A stretch of DNA of 64,000 nt. Source: Felis catus (taxonomy: Eukaryota). The position numbers and the translations under genes were made by a program. The notes under the pieces are model-generated. The model did no database searches and had not been told where the DNA came from. It was given only the letters and a program-made list of their open reading frames with translations. The stretch lies in contig NC_058368.1 in the NCBI RefSeq assembly GCF_018350175.1, forward strand, positions 53,880,001 through 53,944,000, written 5' to 3'. Shown here piece by piece: positions 52,697 through 64,000 of this stretch. Every line of letters begins with the position of its first letter. Position 1 is the first letter of the stretch.

Positions 52697-53612
52697 TTAA
52701 GGACGTCTTAACACAAGGATGATGGCACGCTGAGGTGAGCACGGCAATACTACTAGCTGGTAGAGTCTGAGCTGGGAAGCGTTCGTGAGAGAGAGTAGGC
52801 AGCGTTTGGCTCTGGGATGCACGGCTGGGTGAAAGAGAAAGGGTATTCCAGCTTGGGAACTGGGTGGACGTTCACACCATTCACTGAGATGAGACTCCAG
52901 AAATAAAAACAAGTTTGCAAGAAAAAACCATGAACTCAGTATTGATATATTAAGATGGAAACATGTAAGCTGTGTAGGACATTCAGGACAACACATTGAC
53001 AACTTGTTGGGAACAAATGCCTAAATGAAAGCAGACACAGTGGATAAAAATGAGGCAAAGTAAGAAACATTTATAGCTGTAGATCTAGTCATGATTTGGA
53101 TCACGAAAAATTTACTTTAAACAATTTATGTATTTTTTTCGCAACTAAACCAATCATCTAGAACTCTACATTAAGGAAATATGGCCAAGGCCATGTTTGG
53201 AAATATATGACTTTCTAGAGGTCACCCAAAAAGCCTGTTCAGTTTCATGCCACATCCTAGACACGGCCTGACATTTTTATTTTTATCAACACTGTATTTC
53301 TAAACCTTCAAATCATCCCTTAGAAGTTTAAAGCTTTTCACAGAATTCCACTGATAATCCCACCATGCACCACTCCCAGAATCACACCTCTGACACAGTT
53401 TGTGAATCACATAAGCGTTTAATCAGATCATTGTCCACATTATGTGATTATCTTATTTTGGTTTTTTCCTAATGTATTCATACCAAGGAAAATGTTAGTA
53501 AGTAATTCCCTCCTAGCTTAACGGGTCTTGTCCACAAAACTAACCTTCCATGTTAAATCCCATTGTTTTTAGAGAATATGTTAGAGAGTATGTTTAGAAA
53601 ACCTCTCTTTTC

Positions 53613-53825
53613 GGGGCGCCTGGGTGGCGCAGTTGGTTAAGCGTCCGACTTCAGCCAGGTCACGATCTCGCGGTCCGTGAGTTCGAGCCCCGCGTCGGGC
53701 TCTGGGCTGATGGCTCAGAGCCTGGAGCCTGTTTCTGATTCTGTGTCTCCCTCTCTCTCTGCCCCTCCCCCGTTCATGCTCTGTCTCTCTCTGTCCCAAA
53801 AATAAATAAAAAATAAAAAAAAAAA
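53613..53825 (+). mobile_element. Young CpG-rich SINEC_Fc
   Basis: Perfect 17-bp TSD agaaaacctctcttttc (53596-53612/53826-53842). CpGs are intact. Confidence 0.98.
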
Positions 53826-54083
53826 AGAAAACCTCTCTTTTCTAAACTTAAAGTTGAAAATTATCTTTATTTGCTCTCTGTCAGGCCTGGCTTAACTTTA
53901 TATAACCAAACACATCAACATGACTCTTCCCTCTGAGTTTCACTGTAGGGAATTGTATTGAAGGCAAAATGACCAGGAGTTTGGAGGCAGAGACAGCACT
54001 TTAGATTGGCCAGATATTTCTTTTGCATAGCTGAATTTGCAAAACTGACCCACGACACAAGCCTGCTTAAAAACAGATGATAT

Positions 54084-54400
54084 GTTTTTCTTGAGGCATA
54101 ATTGACATATAACATTGTATTAGTTTCAGGCGTGCAATATAACACTTCAATATTTGCATATATTGCAAAATGATCGCCACAATAAATTTAGTTAACTTCT
54201 GTCACCATACGTAGTTACAAGTTGAGGGTTTTTTTTCTTGTTATAAGGACTTTTAAGATCTACTCTCTTAGCGATTTTCACATACGTGATACCATATTAT
54301 TAACTATAGTCACTGCTGTGCATTACATCCCTATGACTTAATTATTTAAAATTTTGTACCTTGTGACCCTCTTCACCCATTGCTCCCACCCTTTACCTCC
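54084..54400 (-). mobile_element. L1MA-like 3' end fragment
   Basis: ataattgacatataacattgtattagtttcagg...ttttaagatctactctcttagc. TSD aaaaacagatgatat/aaaaacagatgagat. Confidence 0.88.
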
Positions 54401-54739
54401 TAAAAAAAAAAACAGATGAGATTTTAAAAGGGTTTTTTTGAACTTTTTATTTTGAAATAATTGTAAATTCTAGGAGGTTGCAAAAATAGACAAGTACCCT
54501 CTACCCTTCACCTAGATTTCCCTAATAGTAACATCTTGCACGACTACAATGCATTTTTTTTAAATCAGGAATTGACATTGATACAATATAATTAACTAGA
54601 TTATAGGTTTTACTATTCAGATTCCAGAGGTTTTCGTATGTACTTTTTTGTGTGTGGCGCCTATGAATATAGTTCTATGAAATTTTATTACACGTATAGA
54701 GTCATATTAGTTCCACTGCAATCAAGATACAGAACTAAC

Positions 54740-54909
54740 GGGGTGCCTGGGTGGCTCAGTTGGTTAAGCGTCCTACTTCGGCTCAGGTCATGACCTTGCG
54801 GTTTGAGAGTTTGAGCCCCACGTCCGGCTCTGTGCTGGCAGCTGGAGCCTGGAGCCTACTTCGGATTCTGTGTCTCCCCCTCCCTCTGGTCTTCCCTCAC
54901 TCATGTGCA

Positions 54910-54965
<56 letters not shown>

Positions 54966-54992
54966 CTCTCTCTCACAAATAAACATTTAAAA
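54740..54992 (+). mobile_element. Can-SINE with expanded (CT)n tract
   Basis: Head at 54740 and a pure (CT)n run at about 54915-54962. Confidence 0.95.
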
Positions 54993-55207
54993 GGGACACC
55001 TGGGTGGCTCAGTCGGTTGAGTGTCCGACTTTGGCTCAGGTCATGATCTCGTGGTCTGTGAGTTCGAGCCCCGCGTCCGGCTCTGTGCTGACAGCTCAGA
55101 GCCTGGAGCCTGCTTCAGACTCTATGTCTCCCTCTCTCTCTGCCCCTCCATGCTCATGTTCTGTCTCTCAATAATAAATAAATGTGAAAATTTTTTTTTT
55201 AATTAAA
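54993..55207 (+). mobile_element. Can-SINE (second unit of tandem dimer)
   Basis: Head gggacacctgggtggctcagtcgg lies directly after the first unit's tail. Outer TSD aagatacagaac. Confidence 0.95.
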
Positions 55208-56475
55208 AAGATACAGAACCCACCAAAAAGGAGCTCCCTTGTGGTTCCTTTATAGTTTTACCTTCTTCTTCTCCAGTACCTTGCAAATACTGATCTGTTC
55301 TACATTCGTTTCATTTTATCGTTCCAAGAATGATATAAATAGACTCATATAGTATGTGACATTTTGATGTTGGCTTTCTTTTTTAAGTCGACATAATTAC
55401 CTTAAGATTCATTCATGTGTCTGCATATGATAATATTTTGTTCCTTTTATTGCTGAATAGTATTCCATAGTATGGATTACCACAATGTGTTTATCCTTCA
55501 CCCATTAAAGGACATCTGGATTGTTTTCAGTTTGGGGCTATTGTTTCCAGTTTGTGTAGGTCTTTGCATGAACATACATTTTAATTTCTCTAGAATAAAA
55601 CTCCAGGAGTATGATTATTGGGTCAGATGGTAAATATATGTTTAATTTTATAAGAAACTGTCAAAGTTCTAGGGTATTTGTACCATTTCACACACCTACC
55701 AGCAATTTATAAGAGATCCAGTTTCTCCACAGCCTTGCCAGCATGTGGTACTGTCAGCACTTTTTAAATTTTAATTTAAGTCATTCTAATAGGTGTGTAG
55801 TTAAAAAAGAAACAAAAAAAACCCAGATGGATTGTTAATGGTATTTTTGGAACACTTGAATGAGCTCTCAAAAGTGCCCACTATTTCCTACTCCCATGTA
55901 TGAACATAGTGCTTTAGATAGGAGATAAAAGGATGGGAAGTTGGATCTTGGCCTTCCATATTTGCAAGTGAAAATGAACACGAGAGTGTAGAAATTTAAG
56001 ACCACTGACAACTACAAAGATTTGTTCATTTGTAACAGATTCCCTTTTGGAATCCTTGTGGCAAGGTTCAGGGAAGAGCAGGATAGAAGTCATAGCTTGT
56101 CACCTACCTTGATGATCTAATTCTTGCTGTTCACATGATAAAAAGCCCTTGGAAACCTTTCCAAAGAGTTTAGCATGCTTATACTAGAGAATTCTTAAGA
56201 TCTAGGGAGGCTTCTTGGTCTGAAAACTCAAGTGTCACTTATTTGCCACAAAACCAAAAAATAACTATTGGAAAATGTACTTGAATACTATCAGTTTTCT
56301 CTGCAAAGGATAATTATTTAAGTAATGCACTCAAAGTCAAAGATTATGATTTTTAATTATTCTGTCTCTTTTAATCACATATATCCTATTTCTTCTTTAG
56401 TTTATCTACAAAGTTAATTAATGAACACATCAGCTACTTAAAACATTACAGCCTATAGAAACCTTTCTGCTTGTT

Positions 56476-56695
56476 GGGGCACCTGGGTGGCTCAGTTGGT
56501 TAAGCGTCTGACTTCAGCTCAGGTCATGATCTCACTGTTCATGAGTTTGAGCCCTGCATCGGGCTCTGTGCTGACAGCTCAGAGCCTAGAGCCTGCTTTG
56601 GATTCTGTGTCTCCTCTCTCTGTTCCTCTTCTGCTTGCGCTGTCTCTCTCTCTCTCTCAAAAATAAATAAAGATTTAAAAAAAATTTAAAAAAAA
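56476..56695 (+). mobile_element. Can-SINE (SINEC_Fc)
   Basis: TSD aaacctttctgcttg/aaacttttctgcttg. Confidence 0.95.
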
Positions 56696-56977
56696 CCAAA
56701 CTTTTCTGCTTGCAAATGATTACACCAAAATTTCCCAATGCCTGTTCTAAGAAACAGTAGTTTCAGGGAAATTTAACAAGCCAAAGGAGAGTTTCATGAC
56801 CAGAACAAATTAAATAGTTACTGTACAGCAGATCTCAAAGTCACTATTAAATAGATGAATAAATGTACAATATGAAACTTTAAGAGGTCAATGGAGTATT
56901 AACAACTTCCCTAAAACTTATGTCCACAGAACCCTTAATGACACTGACTAGCTCAAGGACTAGATTAGAAAATCCCA

Positions 56978-57197
56978 GGGGTGCCTGGGTGGCTCGGTCG
57001 GTTAAGCGTCCGACTTCGGCTCAGGTCATGATCTCACAGTCTGTGAGTTCGAGCCCCACATCAGGCTCTGTGCTGACAGCTCAGAGCCTGGAGCCTGTTT
57101 CAGATTCTGCGTCTCCCTTTCTCTCTGCCCCTCCCCTGTTCACACTCTGTCTCTCTCCGTCTCAAAAATAAATAAACAAAAAAATTAAAAAAAAAAA
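56978..57197 (+). mobile_element. Can-SINE (SINEC_Fc)
   Basis: TSD agaaaatcc and poly(A) tail. Confidence 0.96.
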
Positions 57198-58014
57198 AGA
57201 AAATCCTGGATGATATTGATTTAAAATGTGATTAATACACAAGTTATTTACATGTCACTTAAATTGTTGGAGAGGGAGCCATCAGAGATGCTTTAATTTT
57301 TATATTTGTTTTTTTTTTTTAATGTGGTCAACTCTTAAATAAATCTAGTTCAGATTAGAGTGTTCCCATCTTTTATGATTCAATAATTGTTCATTTGACT
57401 GCATTAGATGTTGAGAAATATTATTTATGAAAGCTATAACAAGAAAATAAATAATGCTATATGACTTTTAGCCATTTTGTTGCAGTTTTCAAAACCAATC
57501 AAAGTTTTCTCAATGTTGTGCCTTTAGAAAATGAAAACTTAAAGAAGAGAAAAGACAAAAAAGCAGAAGTCAAAGAAGCTAAGTTGAGGGAGGCCTGGAT
57601 GCCTTATTATTTGGACACATAATAATTAAGAGAACAAATTTAATCGCAAAGTTGCACTCAAAAACTCAAGCAAGATAGTGATTTAAGAATAATATTAGAA
57701 ATTTAAAATTATTATCAGCATATATATAAAAATAATATACTGAAAAATCAAAGTTTCATTTTATTTAAGGAGCATTAAAAGAAAAAAGAAAGACAAGGAA
57801 ATCTGTGCTATTTTTTCCTCCATGCTCTGAGTGGAAATTAAAAACTTGCAAGCACTAATCCTGGGGAATCCTAATGCACATGGAATTGAACAGGACTGTT
57901 GAAGTCCTTGCAGCAGTAAGAGCTTTTTAAGTCAAGATAAACATACTTGTTTTTAAGAGGTCTAAAGCATTAATGAGCATATAAACATAAGTTTTCTCTT
58001 TCTTGTGGAAGATG

Positions 58015-58200
58015 ATATGATATAGTGGAGAGAGCATGGGCTTTGGATCTACAGACCAGAGACTAGGTCATTTAAGCTTATTCTGCCTTAGTTGACTCAT
58101 CTGTAAAATAGGCATAATAATATCTACGTGAGACAGCATTTAAAAGATAAAATGAGGTAATGTAAAATAAAACCTATTAACATAGTGCCTAGAAAATAGA
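58015..58200 (-). mobile_element. MIR remnant
   Basis: tagtggagagagcatgggctttgga...ctcatctgtaaaataggcataataatatctac. Confidence 0.8.
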
Positions 58201-59497
58201 AGGTATAAAAAAATGTTTGTTTCTCTTTCTTCATGGTGTGCTGAGAGCATGCTACCAGAAATGGTCTGAATAGCCATAATGATGCATGCTTTCTCATCTG
58301 ATACAACCATCAGGCATGTGAGGAGTCGTAAGTTTGGTTATCTAGTCTAAAATGATATAACTTATTAAATAACATTATAAATAAGAGTTGAAGTAAAATT
58401 TGGGCTTAGACAATAATCTAGAGGACTCATTTAAACATGTTTCTATCTTCCTTCTAAATCTGTTACCTTTTTGGAGACCCTTTCCAATCACTGAGAGTTT
58501 TAAGGTTAGTGCAAGTATGGAGCACATAAAGCCTGAAGCCACCAGTCGGTTTGTGATGTGTTCAAATTACATCCACTTTTGGTTGCACTTCTTGCTGTAC
58601 AATGAGGAAGGGAAATAGGATGTGTGATTTGTACAGAGAGAGAATTGACCCTCAGAGAGAAATGATAACAATAGCTCTGGAAGACATTAGTCACTTTTAA
58701 CATTAATCATAGGCATAGCAACAAAGATGCTTCTAAGCTATGTTTTTTGCTAGATTTATGAGGAAAGCAGAAATTATTTGAAAGTGTTTGTATGAACTTA
58801 TACTCTGCATATATTCCATTATAGAACATCAATATATAAGTGTAAATACCCTGTTCTTAAGTGAGACTGACTTCTTGCTTACCCAATGCCAGTCTTGAGC
58901 CTTGACTTGCTTCTGGTTATAGTGATGGATTATAAATGATTCTTAACCTACAGGGAGTGCAAATAGCATGTCATGTCTCAGGATCAATTTAGTGGAAAAA
59001 AGGTGAAAACTTCATTACTAGTTACTAAGGAATTGAAATTCAGATTAGAAGGGAGATTATATGAAGGTAGATACACTAGAGATAATGATGGGAAAGTCAG
59101 TATGTGTCACGTAAGAGAGCCAAGGCTCTCATGGAAGGCAACATTGGCTTGTACTACCCAGAGTTTTGGGAGCTTTCTGGATATGATATACCAGGAGCCA
59201 GCATGCTGGTCCTACATATTCCAGACATACTCCTTTATAAAACACCTGAATGTACAGCTGAACTTCTTCTGTGAGAAACTCTTAAAGGCCAAGGAGCCAG
59301 TACAAATCTTTGGGAGGTCTGTGTACAGTGATAGGCATATCTTTGCAAAGAATCCTTTCAAAATTGGCAGGTAAGCTCTTTTTTTTTTTTCAAATATGAC
59401 TGAATCACAAATTCAGTATTATTTGGGAATTTGATTTCTTCACATCAATGGCTTATCCTTTGTTTTTAATTTTTAATTTTCTTCTAATGTTACAGTG

Positions 59498-59980
59498 CTT
59501 ATGAAGCATAATTGACATGCAATATCCTATTAGTTTCAGGTGTACATCATAATTGATTCAATATTTATACATTAAAAAATGATGCCCACACTAAGTCTTG
59601 TTACCATCTATCACTATACAGAATTATTACAATATTATTGACTATATTCCTTATGCTATACATTACATACACATGACTTATTTGTTTTATAACTGGAAGT
59701 TTATACCTCTTTAATCTCCTTCTCTTTCACCTATCCTTCAATCCCTCCCTACTGTAGTAACTGACAGTTTGTTTTCTGTATCTATGAGTCTATTTCTATT
59801 TTTGTTTCATTTATTCATTTGCTTGGTTTTTTAGATTCCACATATAAGTGAAATTATACAGTATTTGTCTTTTCTGTCTTATTTCACTTAGAATAATACC
59901 CTCTAGGTCCATCCATGGTATCTCAAATGGAAAGATTTCATTCTTTTTTATGGCTGAGTAATATTTCATTGCATAGATAT

Positions 59981-60027
<47 letters not shown>

Positions 60028-60462
60028 TGTATACCCATTCTTTACTCATTCATCCATTGATAGACACTTACATTGCTGCCATGTCTCGGCTGTTTTAGAT
60101 AATGCTGCAGTGAACATTGGGGTACCTGTATCTTTTCAAATTGATTTTTTAATTTTCTTCCAACAAACACCCAGAAATGGAATTGCTGGAACCTACAGTA
60201 CTTTTATTTTTAATTTTTTGAGGAAACTCCATACTGTTTTCCATAGTGGCTGCACCAATTTACATCCCCACTAGCAGTATACAAGGGTCTCCTTTTCTCC
60301 ACATCCTCACCAACACTCATTTTTTTTTTTTTTGATTCTAGCCAATCTGACAGATGTGAGGTGATATCTCGTTGTTTTGATTTGCATTTTTCTGATAACT
60401 AGCGATGTTGAGCATCTTTTCATGTGCCTGTTGGCCATCTGTACATCTTCTTTGGAAAAATA
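59498..60462 (-). mobile_element. 5'-truncated L1 (L1MA9/L1_Carn-like) with an internal (TG)n
   Basis: The minus ORF at 59811 gives YYSAIKKNEI..WMDLEGIILSEIRQ (ORF2 C-terminus). (TG)n lies at about 59983-60020. Confidence 0.93.
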
Positions 60463-61094
60463 TTTTTGCTATTAGGAGAGAAGAATTATGCAAATGTGGT
60501 TTGAATGCACATATGTATATATGAATATATATAATGACTAATATGCAAATGTATTTGAAAATATATTTTTATAATACATATTTTATAAATATAATTGAAT
60601 ATATATCATCAAAAAAAAAATAATGGAGGGATCCACAGATTGGTTTGGAAGTCTCAAGAGGTTGAATGGCCTTATAGTAGATTTATTTATGCAAACATTC
60701 CCAAGAATGCATTTGCTGCCCTGAACAAGGGCTATGTTAAATTGGAGAATTTATCTTTATCTGGACATTGATTATTGTGGATATTAAAAGCCATAGTGAT
60801 AGTCAGTGCTTTTATCTTTTCCTAATAGGAAATTAGAGTAGGAGACATATGGAACTCTCTTTTCTTAAAACCAGAAGTGTTTGCCTTTCAATTTTCACTG
60901 CTTCTGAGCCATTTAACCATGCCTCATCTGTATTTCTCAGTAATAGGAGTATGACCCAAATTCAATAAAAAGTGATTCTTTGAAGAAAAAATATGTACGT
61001 GTTTGTCTTTTGCTTTATAAACAGGATTTTGAGAATTAATCAAAGAAAGATTGTATTCGGTTAGGAAGGCACCATTTGCCTCAACCACAATGGA

Positions 61095-61245
61095 ACCTCC
61101 TTTTGGAGACAGTCCCAGACTTGAAGTTCAATCTGGGTTTTTATACTGTGGCATCTGGAAGTCTACAATGTGAATTTCTCAGGTTTCATCCTCATCCTCA
61201 TCTGTGAACTGTGTCTTTTAAATAGTAAGCTAACGACCTCCAAGT
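61095..61245 (-). mobile_element. MIR remnant
   Basis: ttttggagacagtcccagacttgaagttcaatc...ctcatctgtgaa. Confidence 0.55.
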
Positions 61246-64000
61246 TTATCACAGCCAGTCAGGAAATAAGAAGGTATAGATACTTTCTATTATGTTCTAC
61301 TTTATTCATCAATATAGCTGCAGTGTGGCTACAACAGGACCTTTCTTCTTCCATAAAATATGATAGATGTAAATATTGGTGTATAAGTACATTTGAATAC
61401 ACTTTTATATACAATAAGATTATAATCACCCAAGGTTAGCCAAGGCCAATGGTTTGCCTTTCTTTGAAGCAATATATATACATATACGTATATAAGCAAA
61501 AAAAAAAAAATATATATATATATATTTCGAAAATAGATTAGACAACATTCTATAACACGTTGGAATTTTTTTCATTTGTCAAGTAGTGTTAAATTTCATC
61601 AGAGCTACAATCAGATGGATTCCATAAATTTTCTCAAGAAATGTTTTTATTAGTGTTTAACTTTACAGATATCAAATAGATAACCCAGAAGTACTCAAAA
61701 GCAATCATATTAGTTTTCTGAGACAGATGGGTAAATGAACACACAATTCTGTGCCAACAAAGAGCTTTTACTTTTCATACGTACCATTAATCATGACCAC
61801 CTTTACACATATGGTGCTTAGGAAACATTTTACTAACTTTGTCCCCAAATCATCTCACAGGGCTGATTTTTTAAGTATTACATTATTTTTTACAGAGGAA
61901 AAGGCTTGATCCAATTTATAGCTCTTTTGCTTTTAATCCCTGGTCTTTTTCCATGTTTGGTTCCCTTAGTGCTTATAACACATTTTTCTTCTTTTTTAAT
62001 CTGGGAAAATTTAGCTTTGGAGCACCATCTGTTCCATAGTGAAGCGCTTGTATTCAGCTTCCCAGATGGGTTGAATAAGAAAAAAAGGTTAAATGATTTA
62101 ACTTGAATCCATACTGTGAGTCATCTGCCCTCAGCCCAGTCCTGACAAAGTGAGAGGTTTTCAAGGGTTTTTTCTTCTTCATTACACTAACCTGAAGATC
62201 ACACAACTTTCAGCAGAGCTTTCTCTGAAATAGAAATAGAGTAGCAAATATACTCAATATTGTTGGGCAATAATTTGGATTTCAAATTTATTTCTAACAT
62301 GCAGCTTTTCAAAAATTGAAAAAGTAAGTGTTTCCTTTCACAAGAAATCAAAACTTAACTTTTTCAGTATCAGTGCTTCCTAGCTGTTATTCGAATCTCT
62401 TTTCTCTCCCTTCCAGCACATCTTGTAAGCTTCCCCCATATTAATCTTGTATCAACACCCCCTTTTCCGCCTCTCTCCTGAAGAGTAGGCAGTTTCTTCC
62501 TACCAACAGTGTGCAGACACGAGCTTTCCAGAGAGTGCCTGAAATCCATATTCTTCAATAATTTTCTAGTTTGAAGTGTTAGTACTTCAATATAGTTGCA
62601 GAGTTTGCATAGAAAAAGAGCCCTGTTATAGAGTTTGGATAGCAGCAGATGTCTATATGGATAAAAGAATGTGTTTTAATTAAATTAATTGCATTTTAAT
62701 AGTATGAGAAGAGGGTCAAAGTTGATTTATTTAACCTTGACCAAGTTTCACTTGGTGTAATGTTCTAGTCCAGAGACTGTGATGAAGTTCAAAAGAAGTA
62801 GAGATGATGGCTGCCCTTGAGGAGTTTGGTCTCTAGTAGGAACCATCATCAAGGTCGTCTCCATTTAGGACAGAGACAGATTATTTCATTAGTGAACTGA
62901 ACTATGACAATCAATTTAACCAAAATCTGATGATGGACTGACTTTTTTTTTTTTTTTTACTGAATTGTTCTTCCTAACAATTGATCTAGTTATGCATTTC
63001 AACGTGGTCAAAAAATAGGAAGTCGCCTCGCCCTTAATGTTTTCTGCCAAGATGTCCTGTTTTCTTAGTTTACCATAAAGTTATTATTTCTATTTAATTA
63101 ATACATGGACACATCTTTATATTTTATGCTTGAAACCATAATGCTTCAATATCATTTATCTCCCTCTTAAAAATCTGAAAAAAAAAGTCTTTTAGGATTA
63201 GTTTCAGTTTGAAAAAAATAAAGTAACTTCAGCATAGAGGGCTTATAAATGCACCATAAATTAATATACATATAAAATGTAGTACTAGGCTTAGCTCATA
63301 ATTCAGTGACTGTTCATTACCTTCACAAGAAATGTGAAGTAGTATTGATCCCTCCAGCAATTCCACAGAGATAGAAAATTAATCTGAATATTTATGTCAC
63401 ACGAAAGTATTAATAATAGCAACAACAATAAAGATATTTTGAACTTCCAAATTTATTTTTGTCTGCATGAGGTTTCAGATGTAGTTATCTGTCCACTGAG
63501 CATCAATTTTAAGTATAATTAGTCGCCCCCTTTTTTTTTCCTTCCCAGTAAGGTTGTAATCTTCTTAGGGAAAAAATGATCTCTGTTTATTCAAGACTAT
63601 CTCTGCAGGCCCTAGACTAGTGTCTGGAATATTGTAATAATATTTTGTTGTATTGAGTTGCATTGGAGACCATCTGCCTTCCATTCTAGGAGCTCACGGA
63701 TTACAGGAGAGGCAATATTTAAAGAAATCATTTTAATCAAAGAAAATAAGGATTTTTATACCAGTATGAACAGAGTTGTGCAAACAATGCAGAGCTAGGG
63801 TTACAGAGAATTCACCAAGGAAACAGCATGCGACTTGAGTCTTGATGGATGACTGCAGCCATTCAGGTGGGCAAGGTACCCCAGGCTGAAGGAACGGACT
63901 TGATTTTCAATAAATGGAAATGAAAAAGGATCTCCCTTACCTTGTTATCTTCCTCATTTGGCCAAAGAGTTGCAAAATGTTGAATACATTTCTTTCAATC

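Larger units (their letters stand above)
54444..55800 (-). mobile_element. Old L1 (L1MC/MD-like) 3' fragment hosting a SINE dimer
   Basis: ttttattttgaaataatt...ggacatctggattgttttcagtttggggcta...cattctaataggtgtgtag. Confidence 0.85.

Noticed and set aside
1..64000. CRISPR arrays, operons or other prokaryote-type systems, tRNA genes
   Set aside because: The DNA is mammalian. The tRNA-like A/B boxes all belong to SINE heads, and I saw no regularly spaced repeat-spacer array.

Overview
Mammalian nuclear DNA, AT-rich and repeat-rich. It is almost certainly felid, judging from about 21 tRNA-derived Can-SINEs of the cat SINEC_Fc type. It reads as intronic or intergenic sequence: I recognise no protein-coding exon, RNA gene, processed pseudogene, NUMT or CpG island. 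The supplied ORFs are explained by SINE, L1 or LTR sequence, by simple repeats, or by chance. The window contains carnivore SINEs (many with readable TSDs), 3' L1 fragments, MaLR (MLT1) solo LTRs, hAT relics (MER58B, MER53-like), MIR and L2 remnants, and microsatellites, including a ~565-bp strictly purine/pyrimidine-alternating tract. Repeat subfamily names come from recalled consensus similarity, and the boundaries of old elements are approximate. I found no convincing novel biological system. The best leads are (1) a minus-strand 27-nt microexon-like unit with a hairpin over its polypyrimidine tract and a recursive-splice-like AG|GT motif ~180 nt downstream, (2) a possible LTR-initiated minus-strand spliced RNA, (3) three very young SINEs, (4) a serial same-site L1/SINE insertion stack, and (5) a strong strand asymmetry of retroelements in the right half.
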